Source of the DNA: Thainema sp.
GTDB taxonomy: Bacteria > Cyanobacteriota > Cyanobacteriia > Phormidesmidales > Phormidesmidaceae
Length of the DNA stretch: 64,000 bases
Direction of reading: 5' to 3'
Assembly: GCA_052168235.1 (NCBI GenBank)
Contig: JBQLZK010000009.1
Location: forward strand, 66,827 to 130,826
Below are positions 23,179-32,230 of the stretch, one piece after another (position 1 is the first letter of the stretch; each line of letters opens with the position of its first letter). The notes beneath the pieces are model-generated. The model saw only the letters and a program-made list of their open reading frames with translations. It did not search any database and was not told the origin of the DNA. Made by a program: the position numbers and the translations under genes.

Positions 23179-25032
23179 TCAACTGCTGTCGTCCCAATCT
23201 GAACTAGGGGGTCGATTTTCAGGATGGTCTTGCATGGTGATATCTAAGAACTCCTGCTGGGCGGCTGGCCAGCCTGCATCACCCTCAGCCACATTCCAAA
23301 CGCGACTGATAATGTAGGCATTAGATTTGCCTTTGCTGCGTAACTCGAAGATGCGATCGCGTTTCTGCTCACGGGTGAGTTTGGCGATTTTAGGAAAGCA
23401 CCATTCCTTCAGGTCGCTGATGGAGGTGTCATAGGCTTGCAGTCGCACGGGCTCTTCTCCACCCCGACGGGCCAGCATGTCACCTTTACCGAGCAACCGT
23501 TCACAGCCTGCCTGCTGAATGACCAGCTCCGAGTCTTTATCCCGCTGGAGCAGTAAGCCGATGCGATGGCCGATTTTGGCGTCTACCTGACGGTGAATCG
23601 TCTTTCGATCAGGCGCTTGGGTGCAGAACAGGATCAGCCAGCCAAAGGTTGCCGCAACCGACATCACATCCGATAGGCGCTTGACCTGTGTCGGTTTGCC
23701 GTCGATGACCATCGATTCTTTCCGCATATCGGGAAAGCCGATGTGGGACTCGTCAAGAATCCAGACTTTGTAATCGGCTTTGGTGACGCCTTCGAGGTGG
23801 TTAAAGTCCTCAATGTTGGACACACCTTGATAGGCGAATAGGCTACGACGGTTTTCGATATCCTGTTCGACCCATTGCAGTTGGAGTTCTGCATCATCTT
23901 CGGAGTGCCCGACCAGGCGGTTAGCGGTCGATGGCCATTCCGCCAGGTAGGGGGAATTCTTGAGCGGGTTCAGTTCCGTACCTTTGCCGTCAAAGACGAG
24001 GAACTGAATGTGACGGTATGAGTAGTTTTTGGCGGCGAAGCCGATCATCTGCCGGATCAGGTTGGTCTTGCCAGCCACACGGGGCAGACCACCGATTAAA
24101 ACAGCCTCCATCTGTTTGCCGTCGAGATGGATGTAATGACGAATCTCTTTCAGGTCTACGCCCAGAAATAGCGATGGACGTTTGGGGACTGGGATATCGT
24201 CGATTTCATCTGCTAGCTTCCGCAGCTCCCGATCGGGACGTGCCAGCGACAGAGATAAAAAGCCATGCTCGTTATCTGACATGGGCAGTTTGGGCAGGTG
24301 TAGACTGGCCTGGACAATCGACGGGGTTCGGTCGATGGCTTCTGATAGCTTCTTCGGATCTCGCATCTCCAGAATGAACTGGATAAACGAAGGCCCCTTG
24401 AAGCAGGTCACATAATCGGCGTAATAGTTCGCCTTGTGCACCGCTTTGAGCGTGGCCTGCAAGAGTCCATGCACCGTTGGATCGTCTGGGGGATTAGGGA
24501 TGCGAGGTTCTGAGGTATCATTTTCCCGCGACACGGCTTGAACAGGTAACGCTTCTGGCTGTGGCGCACTGAGCGCTTTCAGTTCTGCCACGTCAATGCC
24601 GAGAATCGCCGCAATTTCCTCGTCACCTTTCTCTTCAGCTCGCAGGTTTTCCACCACTTGCGCAATTTTCAGCATCTCGGAACTGGTCAGCAGTTGCCGC
24701 TGGAGTTCTTCCTGCTCCCGAACGGCTCGCAGCCGCAGTTCATGATTGAGTTGGCGTAATAGCTCCCGTTCTTCCTTCTCAGCCAGTTTGCTGGTGTGGA
24801 AAGCTTTGCTGAAACCTGCGATCGCAATCATGATGCCAGCCATCTTTGACCAAGAATCCGGTGCATAAATGGCTGCAATTTGAGCACGATTGGTGACAGC
24901 CCAATGCGGCAACCGCTGACCAGCTGGTGTAACGACGGTTGGATCAAGCCGTCCCCATGAGGCAACCAGCAGGCCCGTGACTCCAGCGGCTTGATAAATC
25001 AAGATAGATTGTCGGTGGATTGAGAAGTCCAT
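23179..25032 (-). CDS. FtsK/SpoIIIE-family ATPase with N-terminal membrane segments and a C-terminal HTH-like tail
   Basis: VLIGGLPRVAGKT (atypical Walker A), VFDGKGTEL, WILDE (Walker B), CTQAP and GCERLLGKGDML motifs. Confidence 0.85.
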   Translation of the reverse strand: MDFSIHRQSILIYQAAGVTGLLVASWGRLDPTVVTPAGQRLPHWAVTNRAQIAAIYAPDSWSKMAGIMIAIAGFSKAFHTSKLAEKEERELLRQLNHELRLRAVREQEELQRQLLTSSEMLKIAQVVENLRAEEKGDEEIAAILGIDVAELKALSAPQPEALPVQAVSRENDTSEPRIPNPPDDPTVHGLLQATLKAVHKANYYADYVTCFKGPSFIQFILEMRDPKKLSEAIDRTPSIVQASLHLPKLPMSDNEHGFLSLSLARPDRELRKLADEIDDIPVPKRPSLFLGVDLKEIRHYIHLDGKQMEAVLIGGLPRVAGKTNLIRQMIGFAAKNYSYRHIQFLVFDGKGTELNPLKNSPYLAEWPSTANRLVGHSEDDAELQLQWVEQDIENRRSLFAYQGVSNIEDFNHLEGVTKADYKVWILDESHIGFPDMRKESMVIDGKPTQVKRLSDVMSVAATFGWLILFCTQAPDRKTIHRQVDAKIGHRIGLLLQRDKDSELVIQQAGCERLLGKGDMLARRGGEEPVRLQAYDTSISDLKEWCFPKIAKLTREQKRDRIFELRSKGKSNAYIISRVWNVAEGDAGWPAAQQEFLDITMQDHPENRPPSSDWDDSS

Positions 25033-25568
25033 TGGTTTAAGTACGCTTGCCAGGCAGCGTCATAGGCTTTTTCAGAATTGGACTGCTGCGATTCGACCGG
25101 AGTTTGCTGCTGAGCTTTGGGCTGTCGAGCATTGAAGAACACTCGAAACAGACCTGCACTGAGCACAAACCCAATCGCAACGATGAAGAATTTCCAGATG
25201 GGACTGCCTTGGTAGTAAAACAGGCCCAGAAGTAGATCCCAACTGGCCAAAAGCGTCGCAATAATGACGCCAAAGGCTGTTATCCCGACCAATGTGAATA
25301 AGTTGGGATGACCCGCGATCGCAACATAGAAACAGGCCAAAAGACCAGCCCCGGCAAGGATTCCGTAGATAAAAGCGAAGTCAGGCAAGAGCCGAGCCAG
25401 GAACGTGAGAAACATCCAACTGCCCACCAGCAAACCGAACATTGAACCCGCTCGGTTGATGGTGTGGAAGTTCCAAGTTGGGACTTCAGGATGAGGAGCG
25501 ACTGCGATCGCAGATTCTTGCAGTGCTCGCAGCCGCTCTAGTTCAGGGTTGTGTTGCTGTGTGTACAT
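24999..25568 (-). CDS. Integral membrane protein, about 4 TM (FtsK operon)
   Basis: Four hydrophobic helices; ATG 25568 with GGAG. Confidence 0.75.
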   Translation of the reverse strand: MYTQQHNPELERLRALQESAIAVAPHPEVPTWNFHTINRAGSMFGLLVGSWMFLTFLARLLPDFAFIYGILAGAGLLACFYVAIAGHPNLFTLVGITAFGVIIATLLASWDLLLGLFYYQGSPIWKFFIVAIGFVLSAGLFRVFFNARQPKAQQQTPVESQQSNSEKAYDAAWQAYLNQWTSQSTDNLS

Positions 25569-25578
25569 AAGCAACTCC

Positions 25579-26253
25579 CTATGCAACCAGATTCAGAATG
25601 CGCTGAAACGGGCCTGGAGCTTTGCCGCTGTTGGGCGTATAGTCATCGGCTCGGATGTAGCGTTTCAGAGCAATTTCTTCTTGTTTCTGTTGCTCCTTAG
25701 CTGCCGCTTTCTGCCGAGCATCGTCGAGCTTCATCTGAGTTTCCTTACCGATGCTAGTGCCCATCTGCTGGAGCTTTGAAGCTTGGAGCTGTCGAGCCTG
25801 TTGCGCCTTGAGTTGATACTTGGTCGTCAGGGTGTCGCGTTCCATCTGGCCTTGTTCTGCGATCGCACTTAAGCCCAACTGAGTGGCATGGGCCGTGGTT
25901 TGCAGTGATTGCATATATTGCCCGGTTTGCAACTGGGCACGACTGACCAAGTTATCGACGGCTTTAGCACCTTCAAGACCTTTGGCCAGCAGGTAAGTAC
26001 GCAGCTCTTCAATCGTGACTTTTGACTTGATAACGTCCTCGCTGGCCGATTTGTACTGCTTCGCTAAAACGACCTGCTGACGAAGATCTTTTGCTAGTTG
26101 TGATTGGGCACGAACCTCAGACGGGGTGAGGCGACCAAGTTTATTAATATCAACGCGAAATTCATCATTGACGCGAGCTGCACCACCCGATGAGATGCCA
26201 GTCTGTCCGACTCTCCAATTCATTTGCGGCGGGCTACCGGTTGCAAGTGCCAT
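25579..26253 (-). CDS. Coiled-coil protein, first gene of the FtsK operon
   Basis: Q/K/A-rich helical sequence; GAGGA upstream. Confidence 0.7.
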   Translation of the reverse strand: MALATGSPPQMNWRVGQTGISSGGAARVNDEFRVDINKLGRLTPSEVRAQSQLAKDLRQQVVLAKQYKSASEDVIKSKVTIEELRTYLLAKGLEGAKAVDNLVSRAQLQTGQYMQSLQTTAHATQLGLSAIAEQGQMERDTLTTKYQLKAQQARQLQASKLQQMGTSIGKETQMKLDDARQKAAAKEQQKQEEIALKRYIRADDYTPNSGKAPGPFQRILNLVA

Positions 26254-26409
26254 ACATTCTTTTCCTCATGTAGCGATAGAAGCAAAATTTGCAAGTGCTG
26301 CAACATTTGCTCAAACGAATGCTAACATAACTGTCATTGATTAGTTACTAATTAGTCAAAATAGATTCAGGGTTGTTACTAAATCGTCAATCAGTCATAC
26401 GATAGGAGC

Positions 26410-26616
26410 ATGATTTTTATGATCGATGATGCAGTGAGTAAAAGGTTCTATATCTCTTTGCCTGACGGAATTGCAGATGTGCTAACCCGTTGGGCTGAAA
26501 GCGAGGGCAACAAACCCACATCCCTAGCGGCTTTTTTGGTTGAAAAAGCTGTAAGGGAAGCAATTGACAGCGGAAAAGTTCCACCTCCACATGAGATAGA
26601 TAGATCCGATAAGTAA
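26410..26616 (+). CDS. CopG-like ribbon-helix-helix regulator
   Basis: KRFYISLPD..LTRWAESEG..TSLAAFLVE; divergent from the FtsK operon. Confidence 0.82.
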   Translation: MIFMIDDAVSKRFYISLPDGIADVLTRWAESEGNKPTSLAAFLVEKAVREAIDSGKVPPPHEIDRSDK

Positions 26617-26629
26617 GGCGCGATCTCAG

Positions 26630-27233
26630 ATGAGTAATAGTGAAACAGTTAAAGCTCAACGTGCGATAGTTCGCATCGGCAACCTTAAGGTTGAAGGCTT
26701 CATGCTGCCCGATGGCAGTTATCGCATGTCTCAAACCCAAGCCGCTGAATGTGTGCAGAAGCCCGAAATTAACGCCCGACGTTTTTTAGATTCAAAGGCT
26801 ATCAAAGCCATGCTGGGTAAAGGTTATACGCCCGACAGTATTGAAATTGAATCGGACTTAGATCGGCGTGGACAGAGCCGATTCAACGCGCTGCCATTGG
26901 AAGTGATTACAGCTTTCTGGGTCAATGAGTGTTTTAAGGGCAATCGTGTGGCATTGGCATTAGTCATGGCCTTAGCGACAGAAACACTGGAGCGCCGATT
27001 TGATTCAGCGTTTGGCGTGACGCGAGGAGGAGGATTACGATCAGCAGCTGGCTGAGCGAACAGAACAGATTGAGAAAGCCTTTGGTGATGCCTTTGCCGA
27101 TGAAGCGGTGAGCGAACGGGATTATTTTCTGCGGCTGCTACAGGAGAACGGAATTGCCCCCTACGGCATTCCAGGTGAGGAGGAGCCCGTTAATCTAACT
27201 TGTTGTGCCCAAAGCAAATTCGATACAGATTGA
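26630..27233 (+). pseudogene. Antirepressor-like (P63C-related) gene with a probable frameshift near 27025
   Basis: GFMLPDGSYRMSQTQAA..ETLERRFDSAFGV, then protein-like sequence EEDYDQQLAER..RLLQENGIAPY continues in another frame to TGA 27231-27233. Confidence 0.6.
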
Positions 27234-27314
27234 TTTGGGATACATATAGCAAGACCAAGTTTGTCCCAATGCCCGTCCAAGAGGTGAGTTAGATGTGAAA
27301 ATCCTAAGAAAGTC

Positions 27315-27437
27315 AAAAACCCCAGCTGGTGGTAACAGCAAGGGTTTGTAGATGACTTTTATATTCGCTTTTTGAGATAGCTGGGAACCTAACCGATTGC
27401 TTTGGCGGACGTGACGTTAGGTGACCCATAGAGTCTT
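27315..27437 (-). ncRNA. Putative countertranscript (antisense) RNA upstream of the rep-like gene
   Basis: - strand TTGACT-N19-TAGGAT with extended TG (27474-27444); hairpin plus T-run at 27315-27347. Confidence 0.4.
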
Positions 27438-27597
27438 GCGTCTATCCTAGCATAGGGTCAAGCGGTAAAGTCAACATCGCGAGATCTTTTGTAGCAATTT
27501 CCGCGCAGCACTCTCTATCTCTCCTTTAGACGGTGGTAGAGAGCTTTTTAATGCTTTCTATCTCCGATCCCTCTACAGAATCGAAGGAGATAGAGCC

Positions 27598-29157
27598 ATG
27601 AGCCAAGCAACATCTGGGCGTCAGGATACCCGACGTTCCCATCCAGAACCGTTACCCGCCGATGCCAACGGTAAGCGGCTGTGTGAATTATTCAACTACC
27701 CCTGGCAGTTCATCACCGCCACCCTCGACTATCCCCACTACAAACCGAAGTGGGAAACCATCACCCGCTATCCCCTGCGCCCGCGTAACCTGTGGACACA
27801 GTGGCAAGACCCCAATCAGTTAATCGGTGTCCGATTTGGCCACACGACGACCTATGCTCTGATCGACATCGATGCCAAAAGCCAATACATCAATCCAACT
27901 GCGATCGCAGATCTCCAGTACGCCCTGGAAACCATCGGCATCTGCCGCGTTATGATCCTGCGCTCTAGCTGGAGCGGCGGCCTGCACCTCTACCTACCCT
28001 TACCCGAAGCCGTCAACACCTTCTCCCTGGCCTGCACGCTCAAACACAGCCTCACCGCCCAAGGATTTGAACTCGCCCCCGGTCAACTCGAACTCTTCCC
28101 CAACGTCAAAGCCTGGGCCAACCACTACCGAGGCGAATTCACCCAGTACAACGGCCACCGCCTCCCCCTGCAACCCGATAGCGGCTCCACCCTGCTCGAT
28201 GCTGAGCTTAACCCCCAACCACACGGCACCGATCTCAGTTTGTTCTTCCAGCAGTGGGACATTAGCGCCGATGGCCAAGATCTCACCCTGCTCAACAGCG
28301 CCCTCAACCAGGGCCGCAACCATCAGCGCAAACGCAATCGCCACCATAATCCCCACAGCCACATCGTCGCCACCTGGCAAGCCGACCTCGAAGACGAAAT
28401 CGCCCAAGGCTGGACGGACTATAGCCAAACCAACCACCTGCTCAAAACCATCGCCTGCTACGGCGTCGTTTTCCAGCAGCTCAGCGGCGATGACCTAATC
28501 GACTACATCCAGCACACCGCCACCCATAGCCCCGGCTACGACCAATGGTGCCGCCACCGCCACGAAATTCGAGCGCGAGCCAAAGCCTGGGCCAAAGCCG
28601 CCGAGAGCTACTATTGGCCTCTTGGCAGTAACCCCAAACGCAACACCGAGCATTCCCAACTAGACGGCACCAACAACATCGTCAACTTTAACCAAGAGCG
28701 AGCCACCGACGCACAGAACCGAATTCGAGCCGCTGTGGAACAACTGAGAGCCGATAACCAGCTACCGGACGGAATTACTGCTAGAGCAACTGCGATCGCA
28801 CCCGTTGCCAATACGAGTCGCAAAACGCTCTATAAACCTCGCAATTTAGCCCTGTGGCATCCACAGCATGAGGAGGAGAACCAACAGGTACAGTCTTCAA
28901 ATCCCGATACGAAGCAGCGATCGTGTGAACGACCAGACTCCACAAGCAATCCAGCCCATGATCCGACCCATCAGCCGAATTCCGCTCAACGGCTGAAACG
29001 ACCACACCGCAAGAAAGTACACACCCTCAAGAAAAATATGAAAGGTAGCCTACTGCCAGCAGCACAATCTAGGTTTCCGGGAAATTTGCGCATCAATCAA
29101 AGCCAAGGGCTACCAAAATTCCAGATACATCATCCACAAACAGATATCACAGACTGA
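27598..29157 (+). CDS. AEP (primase/prim-pol)-like replication protein candidate with a C-terminal HTH
   Basis: YALIDID (motif I), RSSWSGGLHLY (motif II), PGQLELFPN and RKTLY..LWHP motifs; AAGGAG RBS. Confidence 0.7.
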   Translation: MSQATSGRQDTRRSHPEPLPADANGKRLCELFNYPWQFITATLDYPHYKPKWETITRYPLRPRNLWTQWQDPNQLIGVRFGHTTTYALIDIDAKSQYINPTAIADLQYALETIGICRVMILRSSWSGGLHLYLPLPEAVNTFSLACTLKHSLTAQGFELAPGQLELFPNVKAWANHYRGEFTQYNGHRLPLQPDSGSTLLDAELNPQPHGTDLSLFFQQWDISADGQDLTLLNSALNQGRNHQRKRNRHHNPHSHIVATWQADLEDEIAQGWTDYSQTNHLLKTIACYGVVFQQLSGDDLIDYIQHTATHSPGYDQWCRHRHEIRARAKAWAKAAESYYWPLGSNPKRNTEHSQLDGTNNIVNFNQERATDAQNRIRAAVEQLRADNQLPDGITARATAIAPVANTSRKTLYKPRNLALWHPQHEEENQQVQSSNPDTKQRSCERPDSTSNPAHDPTHQPNSAQRLKRPHRKKVHTLKKNMKGSLLPAAQSRFPGNLRINQSQGLPKFQIHHPQTDITD

Positions 29158-30543
29158 AAAATTCACGAATTCCGGCCCAACCAACCGATATTCCGCTGAA
29201 TTACGAACCTGATCTAACAAAAAATCAGACACAAACGAGCTGTATTGCTTATCCTCTGGGGAATTACCATCATCGGCACATAATAAGCTTGGGGATAAGG
29301 CTTTCTCTTCTACATCCAGCTTTTCTGCCTTGATCTGATCCGTTTGATGTTTTTCCAGATCCTCTGGATGCCATAGATCCCGATGTCGATATAAACTTCC
29401 TCCACCAATTCCATAGCTTGTTAAGATCTTGAATCGTTCTGTTGTTTGGCTCGGTAACTGATTCTTTTCTAAAAGATCTGCGATCGCAGCCTGAATTTTT
29501 TTACGAGTATCTTCAGATTTCTGTTGATTCCAACTCGTTCCTTTAGGCTGTTCCGACAAAGTTTTATACTTTCCTTTTGAATAGCCATAGTGAAAGTAGT
29601 GACTTGATTCAATACATTTAGCCCACTCTTCTATCCGAGACTCTATCTCATGTTGATGCCTGCACCACTCTTTATACCCGGGCAAGGATGTAGCGATTTG
29701 AAGAATGTTTTCAATCAGTCTTTTTCCGTCTAGCGGTGGTTCATTCGTCAAAATATGATGAAAGATATACGATCTCATCGTAATCCGACCGAGCAGCCGA
29801 TTAGTTTGACCAAACCCAGTCCAACCCGCTTCAACTTCTGTGTTTAAATCGTCTAGAAATTTCTGAGCTCGTCCAGAGAGTTGATAATAATACTGCCTCT
29901 GAACTTGCCTTAAAATTGCAGCAAGTTGCTTTTGATCAACTTTGTTTTGAGTTTGGCAGTACTGCCATTGGCGCACAAAAAGAGACTGACAGCTCCAAAC
30001 TGGTTCAAAATCACTGTTCAGCAAGTATGAGCCAATTTGAAGCGGTAATCGGTGAGCGTTAAATAGACTGAGTGTTCCATCCCCAGGGTAAGTCCGTCGG
30101 TTTGGAAAAAGCTCCAGTTGACCGGGTGACAGTTTAAAGCCCGAATGCTCTAACAAATATGAAACAGCATTCGCAAGTTGCCACGATTTAATCGTCTTTT
30201 GCAGTGGGAAGTAAAGGTGTAAGCCATTACTGTAGCTTGATGTGCAGGTGATATGCGTTGAGATGCCTAAAGGTTCAAGCGCCTCTAGGATTTTTGCGAT
30301 CGCAAAGGGATCAGTGTTTGGATGGTACTGGCTGCCAATATCAATATCGAGCAAAAAATAGTTTGTAGTCGAGCCAGGACGGACACCAAAGAGTTGTTTC
30401 CCCTGCTGAATGAGGCGATCTGACAGAGGATATCGGGTTTCAGTGTGCCATTGGGGAGACTCTCCTGCTTCTGGATAGGGAGCATAGATAAAGTCATAAC
30501 GATTCGGGAAGAGAGACAAAAACTCGTCGTCCCACTCCTGCAC
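29110..30543 (-). CDS. Second AEP-like replication protein candidate, paralog of 27598..29157
   Basis: YFLLDID, SSYSNGLHLY, PGQLELFPN, HRLPLQ, WCRH.HEI and SLY..LWHP motifs are shared. Confidence 0.7.
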   Translation of the reverse strand: MQEWDDEFLSLFPNRYDFIYAPYPEAGESPQWHTETRYPLSDRLIQQGKQLFGVRPGSTTNYFLLDIDIGSQYHPNTDPFAIAKILEALEPLGISTHITCTSSYSNGLHLYFPLQKTIKSWQLANAVSYLLEHSGFKLSPGQLELFPNRRTYPGDGTLSLFNAHRLPLQIGSYLLNSDFEPVWSCQSLFVRQWQYCQTQNKVDQKQLAAILRQVQRQYYYQLSGRAQKFLDDLNTEVEAGWTGFGQTNRLLGRITMRSYIFHHILTNEPPLDGKRLIENILQIATSLPGYKEWCRHQHEIESRIEEWAKCIESSHYFHYGYSKGKYKTLSEQPKGTSWNQQKSEDTRKKIQAAIADLLEKNQLPSQTTERFKILTSYGIGGGSLYRHRDLWHPEDLEKHQTDQIKAEKLDVEEKALSPSLLCADDGNSPEDKQYSSFVSDFLLDQVRNSAEYRLVGPEFVNFSVCDICLWMMYLEFW

Positions 30544-31292
30544 ATACCTAAATCGGTCAGTGGCAACCGTGCTAACGATATGCCACCTCCGCTACAGCCA
30601 CTGCAGCTGGGCACCAAAAACGAAGCTGACCCAATACTTTGGGTGCACTTAGCGCCTTTCGTTGGCGCTTGCGACAATTAGCTTGCCTAACCATTAGTAC
30701 AGCCTGAAGCATTGAGAACTTTTGACCAGCAGCAACGTCCCAGCATTGAAAACTTTGTTTCAGTGCTAGATGGACTTTGTAATCAATAATCACATTGCGA
30801 AGATAGTGACCAAAAATCTGACAAAAGCGCTGACTATTCAAATCACTGAGCAGCAGTTCACAATTCAAGTTTTGCATTGTCTTCTACCTCGATAAGATGC
30901 TGCGATCGCAACTGTGTTGCTCACGGCAGGATAGAGAGCTTGCACCATATCGATAGAAGTGTCGTAATATGGACACAAAGCTCTAGGCATAAAGCTCTAG
31001 GTATAAAGTTCTGTGGGACACCTAATTCTTCGCCTGCCACAGCACTGGTTAGGTTCCCTATGAATGTGAGATTGAGTCCCTCGCTGTTATACAGTTGAGG
31101 GATTTAATTTATGGCTACTGTTAGGTCATTTCTTACGCCTCAGCAAAAGCATAAAAGTAGTTATAGCAAGCGCTTTGATGACAAAATACGGCCATGACGC
31201 GCTCCTAAAGCAGCTTTTGTAATCAAAAATGGGTTGATCTGACGGCGCGGATCGTCAAACGACTCGAAATCTCGTCGGCATCAAAACAGATC

Positions 31293-32215
31293 GTCCCAAG
31301 GGTCTAGATTTTTTGTCCCAGGGGGTCTAGATTTTTTGTCCTGTGGTTCTAGAAAACGGTGTAATCATTGCGGCTCTGTCATCAAACGCAATACTAAACT
31401 TCAGCACAAAGGCTGTATTCTTCTCCAGACAAGCATTTCGACTTCTGTATTAACCTCTAACGATAAGCAAAAGGACAAGGGCCGACATGAAGAGGCATCT
31501 GCTTGTAACTTGCCATTACGAGAATTGATATCAGTCACTAGATTCTGTATGTTCCAGGGTTTTAGAGCAATTGTGTAATCGCTTAGCTTTGTCCCAGGGC
31601 TTTAGAGGAAGCTGTAATCAACGCTATCTCTGTAATCAAGTCGTATGTCCTAAGGCTCTAGAATCACCTGTAATCAAACTCCGAAATCTGTAATCAGGTT
31701 CTGTATGTCCCAGGGTTTTAGAGCAATTTGTAATCACCACGTATAGATCAGTAGAAAGCACGTCCCGAGGGTTTAGAGCAATTTGTAATCAACTTTGGCT
31801 AATTTGAACTTCAGAACGAAGGGCACTATAGCAAGCCATATTGATTAGGACGTTGGGAAACTCTGAGAACGTTCGAGCGGTTCAGCGTTAGATTCTGCAA
31901 ATGTCTCAACAAAAGAGCGACGCCGTAGTTACATCTCTTGATGCTCAACCAAGTTGTACTAGGTCCGTGTATAGGAACATTGTTTATTTTGTGTGAAATG
32001 CTTGCTGAGCAAGCATTTCACACAAAATAAACAATGGAGTTTTACCAAATCTCATATTACTACTAAGGTTCTACATGTCCCAACGGTCTAGAAGACTATG
32101 TAATCAAAGGTTCTGTAGCATAGGTTTATGTCCCGACGGTCTAGAGCGACTTGTAGTCAAGCTGTCGCCTGTAATCAGGTTATACGTCTTGGGGGGTCTA
32201 GAACACTTGTAATCA
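31293..32215 (+). repeat. Iteron-like direct repeat field, candidate oriV
   Basis: About 11 units GTCCC-N5-7-TAGA, mostly followed by N5-7-TGTAATCA (e.g. 31551, 31591, 31647, 31707, 31762, 32077, 32130, 32186), plus lone TGTAATCA boxes. Confidence 0.8.
31978..32036. repeat. 59-bp palindrome (29-bp perfect arms, 1-nt centre)
   Basis: CATTGTTTATTTTGTGTGAAATGCTTGCT-G-AGCAAGCATTTCACACAAAATAAACAATG. Confidence 0.95.
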
Positions 32216-32230
32216 AAATTAGTGTCGCCG

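Noticed and set aside
28000..29005. Alternative-frame ORFs within the first AEP-like gene
   Set aside because: Shadow ORFs caused by C-rich codon bias.
31293..32215. Repeat field as a CRISPR array, or linked to the TCTAGA motifs in the CRISPR leaders
   Set aside because: Units are degenerate and irregularly spaced, and only a 6-mer is shared with the leaders.
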